Assembly: GCA_904063045.1 (NCBI GenBank)
Contig: CAJFCJ010000027.1
Location: 598,882 to 662,881 of the forward strand
DNA length: 64,000 nucleotides
Direction of reading: 5' to 3'
Source: Dimorphilus gyrociliatus
Lineage: Eukaryota > Animalia > Annelida
This document shows positions 27,046-39,232 of the stretch, piece by piece (the first letter of the stretch is position 1; every line of letters starts with the position of its first letter). Position numbers and translations under genes: made by a program. A model generated the notes under the pieces. It saw nothing but the letters and a program-made list of their open reading frames with translations, was not told the origin of the DNA and did no database searches.

Positions 27046-28734
27046 ATATTTTCTCATTCAAATTGTTTTGATTATTTAATTGTTTCTTCTTGTTTGTTTT
27101 TTTCAATTTCTCTTAAAAAGATAGGAATTTAAAAATAGAAAAGGACAAAAAAAGTGCAAATCACGACAGAGATAGAAATTGCCATGACAAACATTTTATA
27201 AAGTAGAGATAAACATTAAAGAGTATCTTTTATTTTATTATAAATAAACCAGTTTAAAGTCTACTTGCTTTTGTTTGTCTAAATATAGAATAATAATAGA
27301 ATATAAGTTTAATGGTCTGTTCAACAAAATGGACGAAAATTTTTAAATAAGACTTTAATACTTTAGAATAGGCTATTAGTCAATCTAATAAAGTCACTAA
27401 AACAGACAACATTAATTGTTAATAGCACTATTCAAGTTGTTATGAATGGTTAAACGATCATATTCAATCAACAAAATAACCTCCAATAAAAGTTGTTTGT
27501 GTCTTTTTACAATTACAAAAGGTAAAACGTTACTTTTTTCCACAGATACATGTATATAGAACATAATACTGTATATAGGTTTAGACATTATATGTTTTAC
27601 AAGTGCCATTTCTCTTTGCTACTTTAAATAGATGAGAAATTATATAACCAATATATTAGGCATGTCTTTCAGGAAAGATTACTTTTAAAGAGTGAAAAAA
27701 AGACTTTAATTTGTCTGCCATGATAAGAAACTTCACGATTTCTCATAAGAATCACGATAAACATAAATATTTTATAATTTACATGAACATTGGAAAGGAA
27801 TACTTGAACTTTGAAATAGTACGTAACAATTACACCAGGTAATACTGTATATTAGCTTAAATTGACTAGACAATGCTTGAATCTTTTTCTATTTGCAAAA
27901 TAACACTTGACAATTTTCTTACCCAACTGAAGAAAAAAACATAACTTTTATTAGAAATACTTAAACAATAAAGTTACTGTTAGCGACATCTAGTAGTTTA
28001 CTAAGGAATGTATTATCTAAATACAGCTTTTTTATACTGAGTTCAAATTAAAAAATGATACAAGCTAAACTATTAGACATTTCCTAATTCAATCTAATAT
28101 TTAAGCAAGGATTAACAATCAAATTTCTTGATCTCTTCCGCATTTTTCCTTACAGATTTTGCACAAATCTTTAAAGACATTTTTGATATTTTATTATCAT
28201 TTAGATTATTCCATATTTCCCTTCAAAAGTTATATCCACCGTGTTCATTAATCATTTCCTTAGTTCTTGTATATTAAATAGTAAACAACATTTCCTAAGA
28301 TTTCTTACGAACATTTAAATATTTCGCAGTCCACTAACTAAACCAATTACAATTAACAAATAACTAAAGTACTACCAATTTATAGCACTTTGTTTTCAAT
28401 ACATTCATACATTCTGAATGTCGTCTTTTTCCTTTCTTTTTCTTTTTTAATGCAAATTACTGACTACTGTTTTTTTTTATTACATATCTCTAGATACAAT
28501 TTTATCGATAAATACCTTTCTACTGATAAGAAAATAAAAAGAGAGGAATATGTTTCATTAACATAAAAATATATAAAATGCCTGACGGAAATAAATTATT
28601 ATTATAAAAGTACGTTGTAAAAGCTAAGGAGATTTCATTTATTTACTCATCTATATTTCAAGTTACTGTTATCTTGTTTAGGAAACTTTTAATGCTAGAA
28701 GAGAAGATGCGTTATTTTTGAAATTTTAATAATT

Positions 28735-29346
28735 TTATTTATTTTTGTTTCTACATTGATGTTCAAGCATGTATATTAGACATAAAAAAAATGATAATCC
28801 ACAATTTACACAAACTACAATAAAACAACCATCTATTAAATTATCTAACTCGAAATCATCTATACTAGCCACCAGTAACGAAGTTGCTAAGTTGACGAGG
28901 CCTGTTAGAAACAATTCAAGAAAATGAAAGAAAGTATACTTTTTATATTAAAACTTAATTTAAATATTAGATAAAAAAGTAAATGGATTTACAAGTCAAA
29001 AATAAGAATCCGCATATTAGATATTTCAAAGTTTTTGATGAAATATCAACAGCTTTACAAGTTTTCAACCAGTGTAATAGATTAATAACCCAAGTAATTA
29101 TTGATCCAACTATCAGTAATTCTTGACAAATTTTCAGGCTAGCTGTTTAAATTATATGTTGAAAATTAACAAGAGCTAAATAATATAAATGATAAAAGTA
29201 TACTAACATGCCTTACTCGAAGGAACTGGAAGATCGAAAATAGTTACATCATTCCAAAAAGGAAAAGCTGTTGCAGATACTTGAGCTAAAAACACAACAC
29301 CCAAACTTATTCCAAAAATTTTATCAAAAATTGCGATATTTAACAT
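28735..29346 (-). CDS. Claudin/PMP22-like 4TM protein, divergent tandem paralog (not in ORF track)
   Basis: Exons 29346-29217, 29142-28993 and 28901-28735 splice in frame (phase 1/1): MLNIAIFDKIFGISLGVVFLAQVSATAFPFW...SLKICQELLIVG...LKYLICGFLFLT...; colinear similarity to the neighbour at 29813-30338. Confidence 0.75.
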
Positions 29347-29812
29347 TACAATAGCAGAATCTGTTCAGTTTGCATTGAAAATAACAAAGATATCACTTAT
29401 CTATTTAGTGACTACAATCATGCCATCTAGTTCTGTATAATTTTTCCTTCGTCTACTTTAATATCGGTGATGAATTTTTAAATAAAATACTCTGTAATGG
29501 GGATACACAGTATACCATTAGTTTATATCTGTTCAACTCGTATATCATTAATTTCCCATAAGGAAGATTTAATGTAATAGAAAATTCCACTCCGATAGAA
29601 AAGTACACTTTTGATATCGATATCCTACTTGTGTAAACTACGAAGAAATTATGTTACTTTCCTCTTGATTTAGTCTATTCGATAAAATTACACGATAGTA
29701 AAGTGATAGTACAAATGAGAGATTTTGTCCTAAATTTTACACATCAATAGATAAACATTTGAATTTCATTATATGTATTTTGAAAAGATTACTACATTAA
29801 TATGAAAATGTT

Positions 29813-30338
29813 TTATTCAAATGGTTCCTTTGGATAAGAGATTCCAAACCATATATTGTTTACTAGGGTTAAAACGCCAGTTGCGATTGCTAAGTAAAAG
29901 GAGGGACCGAACAAGGTTTGTCCATTTTTAGTCCCATAGAGTACAATAGCTATTCCATTGCAGATTACTGAAAATAAGAAAATTTTAAATGACTTTTTAA
30001 GTAGTTTTTGAAAGTTTTTACGAACGTGTAGCAGTCAAAGATCCGCATATACATATCTTTAGATTTCTTGACTTAAACGAAAGTACTTTGAGAACGTTTA
30101 ACCAAAAAATCACTTTAGCGAATGTTAGGAGCAAAATTCCGATAATCATACAAGCTTGAGTAGCTTTTAACCACTCGCCAGAAGCACATATATTATCAAA
30201 TATACAATTCGAAAAAATTCCACTGTGGAATGAGCCCGACTGAAACCAATGTGGTAAAGCTGTTGCCAAAATTTGCAATAGTATTAGAAGAAAAAGACTA
30301 ATGCCGAAACAAATCTGTAATGAAGTTAATGAAACCAT
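29813..30338 (-). CDS. Claudin/PMP22/EMP superfamily 4TM protein
   Basis: Exons 30338-30026 and 29967-29813. TM1 then PHW..SGIFSNC..C..WLKATQACMIIG; TM4 preceded by FGPSFYLA. Confidence 0.85.
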
Positions 30339-31067
30339 TCTTGAAAGTTGTGTCTGTTTGAATTTTATTTATCAGTCCTCCATTCTCCAGTTATCGGACT
30401 TTTTATATATTAGAATAGTTCTTATCAGTGTTTTGAAATAAGTGATACTATGGTAATATCATAAAATAGGAACTTATTCTACAAAGGAAAGTATTCCGAG
30501 ATATAATCACATATTTAAAAAGATAACAATATCTTTATTGACGGGGTTTTCCATTTTACATACAGTGGATAGAGTATACTATATAGAATCTATATGTTGT
30601 ATTTATATCAATTATAAAAGTTTTATTTAGTAAAATAATGGAATAAAAGAACTTTTAATAAAAAGTAGACTTTTAATACTTTAAGAGTATTGTTTTTCGA
30701 TTATTTTCGTTTACTTTCTTTTTGATAATATACTCTTAGAGAGTATCAAAATAAATAATAGTAACTTAACGTATCTTTGAGAAAGAAATCACTCATATAC
30801 AATTAATACGAATATGAAAACACTTGGCCTATATTTTTCTCTCTCCCCTTCACCGCCCCCGTCCCTGACCTCTCTCCCCTCTGACTGTCTCCCCTCACCG
30901 GCCTCCCCCCTTTTTTTATTTTTTTTTGTACTCTTTCTTATATTGCAACCTATCAGCACGAATCTGATGGTTCATTCGTAAGAAAATTGTACGCGATACC
31001 GTTCAACCAGACAGCCGTCTCACTCATTTGAAAGCCAACTCTTTTTGATTAACTCTATTATGAAAAT

Positions 31068-34000
31068 ATGTCCTCTGTAAAGAACGTTATTATGCAAAGT
31101 AATCTATCTCCTAAAAAGGTAGTTTATTTAATTTTTATAGTATAGGATGTGTGATATTAAGGCTATACTGTAAATAAGAGATTGTATTCAAAACGTTTTT
31201 TCTACAAATTGGTGTAGATTTAAGAACCGGTTTTTCTTTTCTTTTCATTACAATTGAATATATATTTATTTATTATTATTTTCTATTTTCCAAACAAAGG
31301 AAGATAACAGTACGGTTAAAAAGTGTTTGGATTATATATGTAAGGAGAAGGAAAAGATATACGAAACACCTTATGGCGTTACAAAGAAAAACTGCGAAGA
31401 AACGCTAGACGCTCTTAAGACTGAAAGTTTAAAAAATTCTGTTAAGAAGATTGTTGATGATTCATGTAAAAAAGTTAATGCTAGCGATGAAGAACGATTA
31501 AAGTCAGCGTTTGCTGATTTTATGGTAAATATTGCATATTTTTTCCATTTAAAATTTGTATTAGAGGAGAGAATGTAGGCCAAAAAGGACGTAAATATTT
31601 CGATGTATTCATAGGCTATTATATAAATTAAGAAAGGGAAAAAGAGAGGTCTGCTTTTTTAGTCATCAATTTCTGATAAAGATCATAAACTTGACTTAAA
31701 AGTATTTTAACTATTGCATTGTTATATTATAATTTATTAAAAATATATTAAAATACATTATTAATAATTAACTAGGCACTGATAAGCAGAAAATTGGTTT
31801 GCGTTCAAAACATACAAGGAGTAGCTAATTTGGAAAATAGTGTTACTGATTTTATGTCGAAAGTTGACTTGTCTTCTCGCTATTTAATCGATATACGAAA
31901 GCAACACGAAACAATCGGCGAGAATGTTCAAGTTGACCGATTGAACACTTTTCTTCCACCGAATGCTCATGATTGTATCCATTCCGTTTCGGATGCTTGG
32001 AATTGGATTCAGATACTAATGGAATGTGTTTCTATCCAATTAAAACACTCTTCCGATTATCACCAATTCTTTCATGAGATTCAAGAGTCTGGACCATATT
32101 TTAATAAAGATTTAGAAAAACTTCTCGAATGTATGGAATGTAAGAATGTTTCAGGTGATTTAGCATACGCTAAAGAATTATGCGACGATATGAAAAAGAT
32201 AGTAGACGATTTGAAAAGGTTAAACCTATATATTATACAATACATTGCTCATTTTACATACTATTCTCTCCCACAGATGGAGGATAAAAAGTGTAAATTG
32301 GCTTTCTAAATCCCTTACCATAGTCCCAATTGATCAAAGAGTAAAACCAATAGTGGAAGGTAGACCAATTCCTGGTATTATTTTAAGAAAGCAGGCAGAA
32401 AACACTGATTTAAGAGAGAATGAAGATATTCTAATTGAGAAAAATGAGGGTAACGAATGGAAAATAAAGAATTGCAAGGGAGAAAGTTTTCTTGTTCCAA
32501 ATTGTTGCGTTACAATACCAACTCCTTGCGACGATGCTGTAGACGCTGCAACATATTTGCAATTGAGACTATTAGAAGCGTGGACAATGGCAGTGAAGAA
32601 AGTTGGAAAGAGAGTTATTGTATTTCTATTAGCCGTCCTAGCACCAGCATATACCGGTGAAGAGGTTGGTATAATTTAACAAATTACCTTAACGTACATA
32701 GAGTATGTATAGAGTTAATGAACTTTATTGGCATTAAATAAGAAATGTAGTTTACCTTTACTTCTAGCATACTAAAATTAGTACAAAATCTAAAAGGTAA
32801 TAAATGGACAGATATTTTACGTTTTTATTGCTCTGTGTACAATAAGTTCTTTAGTTCAATATAAACTATCTGTATTTAGAATTTTAGTACAAATAATTTA
32901 ATAAAATCCGTCATCCATATCTACTATTCAATGTTAATAGTTTTAAGCTTAGAAAGAGGGAGGGAGAGGGAGAGAAAGGTATGCAAAGAGAGTGGTAGGA
33001 TAGACCTAAGCAGAATTTTTGAATAGATGGAAAAATTTTATAAATACACGCGAGGTGAATCTCTATATTTATATAATTTAAATATATACAAAAAAAATAA
33101 CATATTACTATAAATAGATTTCCTATTGCGGTATTTAAATCCTATCAAAATGTTCTATATTTGCTCTATAACATGTCATAATACCGTATTCAAAGGATCA
33201 GAAATTTTTTGGAAATTACTTACTACACTTTTTCTTTTCTATAGTAGTAATACACTATATTAAAACCGGAATGCTTTATATAGTCATTATTTAAATAATA
33301 CTAACAAAAATAGTATATCTAAAAATAGATATTTACATTTTTACTAATTGACCTTTATACAATTATATAGCCAGCGGTAAGTTTAATTATTACTATTCCT
33401 TGAACAAGACGGTAATAATGGTAAATAGAAAGGTGGTTGTTGTCTATTATTGCTTTTAATATTTTATTTGGCTTTTGTTATTATCTTTATAGCAATTTTT
33501 TTTAAAAAAAAAAAATAAAACAGTATTATCATTAGTTTTCTAACAAAAACGCTACCAAAACAATAAATATAAAGCCTTATTTAAATATTCTTGACAACTT
33601 TATCTATCGTTAAAATAATTAAGAATGAAAGAAAGAAAGAAGAAATTACTTTTAACTATTTAATTTTGAAAATATAACAATCTTAATGAACTTAATTCTA
33701 ATTTATTCATATTTTTTCAATATTTATAAATGTATTAGTTAATTAATAATATTATTTATATAGATTTTTTTTCAATTTCTTTAGATTGAAGCTATGAGAA
33801 AGACAAACGAAATTGATAAAAATCGATTTGTTAATTGTCTTGATGGTGCTGAAGATGAATTATCTGGAATATGGAAAGATTATAATTATTTTGTTCAACT
33901 ACAAGAAAGATTCCTCGCCGCTAAAATGATAATGAAGGGCGGAGAAGGTATTTTATAAAATCCTTTAAGCCTTTCATAAATAGACTGTCAGACTATAATA

Positions 34001-36767
34001 TTAAATCGGCTAACTTTATTTCTCTTTGAAGAATTATATGTAAATAGTAATGACTTAATTTATTTTTCTCCAAACATAGAAATTTCGACTGAAGATGGCG
34101 ACAGTCCCACAGCTCTAGTAGTTCAAACTCAGGCCATTGATAATATAATTAAAGTCTATAAGGTATGTTTTATCCTATTAACCGTTAAGGCGTTTGTCGT
34201 TTTTATATTTCTTTTTTCTCTTAAAACCAAGTTTAGTTGTTGAAAATTCTCTTTTTGTATTAAATCAACAAAGAAGATTACATACTCTTTCTATTCTTCT
34301 TTTTTTAGTTCTATCTTTCTGTTTTATTCATAAAAACTTGTTTAAGAATTTTTAATCATCCTATAATAGTAAAAAAAGAAAAAGAAGATCTATTTCCGTT
34401 TGAGAAGTTGTTCTTTGTTCAATACTAAAATTCTTTCTCATAAAATATAGAGACAATCGTTGTTGTTGCAAGGAATAATTTTTTTTTTCATAATACGAAG
34501 ATATCTTTCCAATTTTCTTGTGTTGTTCTTTAACATAGATCGAAGAATATCTTGGGTATTCATTTTTTTTATTTATTTGTTTATTTATATAAGTTAGGAA
34601 AGATTCAAAGGATTTTGAATAAATACCAGATATATATATATATAAAACAAGCCAATGAATGAATTCATTTACACTATAATAAAATAATTCCATTTACCAA
34701 GCTTATTCAATGATATTTTACTTTTGATTGTTTATTAAAATAAAAAATATCCGTTTAGTAAATATATAAAAATCATATTCAACCGAAAAAGAATAGTTTC
34801 TACTCTCAAACTGAGGAGAGAATGACTAAATGATAAATTCGATTAATCTAAGAGAAATAGAAGAAAGGGAGAAAAAACTTAGAGAAAATAAGATAGCGAG
34901 ATAGAGGAGAAGAGACAAGGAATACGTTGTTCATTTTCTTTTTAGGTTTTGTATGAATAAATCTATAGTCTCTTTTATACTTCGCATTGAATATGTAAAA
35001 ATATGTATATATAAAAACTACTTGTATATCATAGAATATACTGTATACCGTAGATATATTTGTACATAAAAGAACAACATGTTGTATTAAAATATTGAAT
35101 ATTTCATTTATTACACTTAAAAACTTGAAAATATGATCAAAGTATATTGAATCATACAAGCGCACCTTTATTTTATTAATTCTAACTGTTTTATTTGTTT
35201 CTCTTAATATTATAATATTATTTTTTTAAACAGGAATTAGTCGACGGTTGGAAAGCCTACGCTATGACTGTTGATGCTTCTAGACGACCAAAACTTATGT
35301 TAGTTGTAGATAGATGGCAGCACTTCAAGTTTGTTACATCGGAATACGCAACAAAATTTTGGCATGCAAATTTAGATTTAACGGACGAAGAAAAGAGTAT
35401 TGCAGGTGATTACTATGATAAATATATATATACTAATATATATGTATATATACTGCATATAAAGAAATAATATTAGGATAAGTAAATTAAATCAAAAACA
35501 ATAAACTATACTAAAGATGAAAGTATCAATAGATGACCTCTTTATAATATTAATATTTTTTACTATATTCAATATTGAAGGAAATAGTGAAATAGTTCAG
35601 TGTATAAATAAATATAGTGAGGTATTTTTTTAATATTATGTTTACTAGTGACGCGTTGTTACCTCTCTTATAATATATTGAATATGGAACTATTTCTAAA
35701 TTATTTATCCCGTTTTTTTCATTATTTTAGGCCTAAACAAGCGATTAAGCAACCACAATTCTAATCAGGACAACAACGCCAACAACAATAATTACAATAG
35801 TAATAACAATAATAGCAATGATAATATTGTTAATAAGTTGCATGTGGCTAATGAGGAATCAATTCAACCTGTTCATGAAGAAATGCTTAGTGCAGAAGTG
35901 GCTACTGACGTCATGACTGAAGGACAAATGGATGAAGTAGAGAGTACAGATTACGCAATGGGCTCAGAAGTTAGAACGGCTGAGACTGAGCAGTTAGATT
36001 CGATTGAGGGTGAAGAACAAAAAACTTTCATCATCAGAAGCGTTTTCGATCCGGATGTTAATGAGCAAATTTCTTTACACGACGCAATTAAAAAAGGCGT
36101 AATCTGCCCTGAAAGAGGTGTCTATATTACAAAAGAAGGAAAGGATATTCCAATTCCAGTAGCCATGTCCGATGGAAAAATTATTGTTGAATTTCAAAAA
36201 ACAAGAAGGGCAAAAGAGAAGAAATCAACATTGGGAATAATTACACTGAAAACGATCAGGGAACGAGATGCAATTATCGAGCAAGTAAAGGACGTTGAAG
36301 CTAATCAGTTCTTTAATAAACAAACGGCAATTACAAGTGGTTTACTTAACGACCAATTAGGATTGTTCTTTAATACTAAAACTGGGACAGAATTAACAAT
36401 CAACGAAGCAGTTAAAGCCGGTTATATTGTTTTATCGAAGCAGGAGCCGGAAGAATCTGTAGAAGCATACGCAGTTCGAGGAGTTGTAGATAGAAAGAAG
36501 GTTAAAGTTATTACATTTTTCGAAGCTGTTCAAAAGGGAATAATTGATAGAGATAGCGGTTTGTTCTTGGATACGAGTAATGGAGACAAATTATACATTG
36601 CCGATGCTATAGCCAGAGGATTTCTGAAAGCTAGAAAAGTCGACGATCCAAATAGTTTAGACGTAGATCCATCCAATAGAATGGTTATTGATAAGACAAA
36701 TCTCATAAAGAAAAAGTTATTAGGCAGTCTAAAAGTAATTAGCGCATTCAAGTCGGGCAATCATTAA
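31068..36767 (+). CDS. Short plakin-like protein (partial plakin domain with SH3 plus C-terminal plectin-type repeats), about 850 aa
   Basis: Exons 31068-31118, 31300-31524, 31776-32218, 32277-32664, 33785-33947, 34080-34162, 35234-35405 and 35731-36767 are all in frame. SKSLTIVPIDQR...NEWKIKNCKGESFLVPNCCVTIPTP resembles the plakin SH3 region; SVFDPDVNEQISLHDAIKKGVI and GVVDRK..ITFFEAVQKGIIDRDSG resemble plectin repeats. Confidence 0.8.
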
Positions 36768-37367
36768 ATCCAATAATTTTGTTTTTTTTTCACTTATAAC
36801 TGCAGTAGGCCTAATCAGAGAAGCACCAAAACAAAACTTAGATTTATTATTATTATTTAATGTAATACTATTTCTTTAATTGAGAATCTTAATCTAAATG
36901 TCTTCCAAACAATATAGTTCTATATGTAAGTAGTTAATTGAACAGTATAGCATTCTGTAGTCTATCAGTAATGGCTTCTTTTTATATAAAATACAATTGC
37001 ATAGTGCTAAATATATGACGTCATTCAAAGAAAAAGTTATATAAGAAATATTTCCCTTCAATAGAATTTTTACTTAAATACACGATAAATTGAATGATAT
37101 TTATTAAAGAAATTCTTTCTTAATCAATATTTCTTTCTATAAATCGATTTATTAATTCTAAATTGAAATTAATAGAAAAAATGTCCTGTGTATAAAGATT
37201 TTTTAGATTTTAAAAATGTTGAAAGTTCTGTGGTCTTAATTAAAATAAATTTAATCAAATCGTTATCTTGTTTGGTCTACAAACTGTAAATATCGTTATC
37301 AAAAGCATTTAGACTGTTTTTTGTTTTCTAAATTTATTTCGACTATAAGGATGCTTCCTTGTTTATT

Positions 37368-38370
37368 TTACTCTTTTGGAGGAAATAACACATAATACGC
37401 TGGTGGTTGTACAATTTTAGCTTCGTTCTGGGTTTCTATCATTTGTGATGGACTCGTTTCGACGTTAACGACCGAAATATTTCTTGCTGTTTGTTCGTCT
37501 CTCTAGTAGGATAATTAGATTGAAGGGTATAATATGATTGTTACTATTTTAAAAATATTACCTGCGATTTCTTCTGACAACACTGAGAAATAATTAAAAT
37601 GACAAAAATAATAAACAAGAAGACGGCGGCGAAAAATATTGCTGTAAATCTTAAAAGTGATGGTCCCCAAGAAAATATACATCCTGCAGTTCTGAATGAT
37701 TCATCACGATTATCTCCACAATTATTATATCTGTCACACTGGTAACGATCACTAATGCATTTTCCCGTTAAACTGTATCCACAATTAAACTCGTATCTTG
37801 CGCAACGGCTATCTGGTCTAAAAGCAGTTATAATCATCTCTAGCTGTAATTTCTTACGAGATCGAATCTGTATATTCGCAGCTATACCAACATCAGTTTC
37901 AAAAGTCTTATACCAACGTTTACAGCCAGGACAAACAAGCCCTAAAATAATGAAACAAAACATAATAGTAATTTTCCTTTGTTCTAAAAAATAAAAGATT
38001 AACTGTTATTAATCAAAAGTCCAGTTCCATAAGAGCTATCGCACACGGGCTCCTTATTCAATTGTCTTGAATTAATTATCATTCCGGAAGATGATAGAGA
38101 TGTAATATTAAAGTTACAATCAAACTGTCCTTTTTTTATATTCAATTTCAAAATGATTGCTTCAGTTTTTAAGGCAGCCATATCAAAATGTCTTAAATTA
38201 CAATTATTTCTATCCAGAGTTATCTTTTCTGTTTATAAGATGTTTTCATTAATAGTAACAATAGTAGTTAATTAATAGAATAATAATTCTTTACCGTAAT
38301 ATTTTGCTCCTTGAATTTCAATAACAAATGGTAAAATACATAGAAAAAAAGAGTACATTTTGGATGCCAT
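37368..38370 (-). CDS. Single-pass membrane protein: signal peptide, CUB-like, LDL-receptor class A, TM, PPxY tail
   Basis: Exons 38370-38295, 38228-38004, 37941-37562 and 37502-37368. FNCGYSLTGKCISDRYQCDRYNNCGDNRDES is an LDLa repeat, followed by a hydrophobic TM and cytosolic PPAY. The exact 3' end is uncertain. Confidence 0.85.
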
Positions 38371-39232
38371 TTTTTCGGCTATTACTTAAATTTGTTGTCG
38401 TATTATAAAATGATTTAATGATTCTGAAATGTTATCAATTACATTGATATCTTATCAATATATATAAAAAATTATCATGATTTCTATTGACAGAACAATA
38501 TATTTTCACATTGTTTATCATTTATGTTTAATTTTATCTAAGCTTTTATTATATTTTGTTTTGTTTATGTATATACTGTGTAGTGTGCAACGTATATACA
38601 GTACCATATAATTGTCAGTCAAATGTTAGATCTTCTGCTTCTTTTATAGTTTTTATTACAGGGCTCCACAATGGCCAAGGTCACCAAAATTAATTGTTCA
38701 TTAATCGAAACGTTATTAGAAACAGTATAGTAATTTTATATAAACTTACTAACTAATATCTTCATCATAGGCCTTCGCTTTTAAAATAGAATAAATTTAA
38801 ATGCTAATAAGATAGTTTAAATATTAAATTATTCTTTCCTTGAATAATGTCTTTCCCCATTGGTCAAAAGTATAGCCAATAAATGAGCATTTTTAGCTAA
38901 ACGAAATGAGTATTGGAGGAGAGAAAACATTCTATTTTAGCAAACAAACGCGAAAAAAAAACTTAAAAAAGTAATATTGTAAATTTGTGAAAAAGGAAGA
39001 AACTTATAAAAAAGACTTTTCTTTTCAAAGAGGAAAAGATTCCTTTGCAGTAAAAAGTTATTCTTACTGCGTAATATTAAACTTGGTGAGTTAACTGTAA
39101 CTTTTTTTAAAGGCGATTAATACCATTTAGCAGGTTTTTTTTTTTCTTTTATCCTTGCGCCTCACCAATGTCAACTAGTTTATAAATGACTTCTTGTTTC
39201 AGTTAACAGGTTTTTGAGCAATATAATTTACT

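Noticed and set aside
27400-28330. Exon-like and possible transposase-like fragments on the minus strand
   Set aside because: Frames are interrupted by stops and could not be joined into a coherent model or matched to a motif.
34361-35165. Minus-strand 105-110 aa ORFs inside the plakin-like intron
   Set aside because: AT-rich F/I/Y-biased spurious frames.
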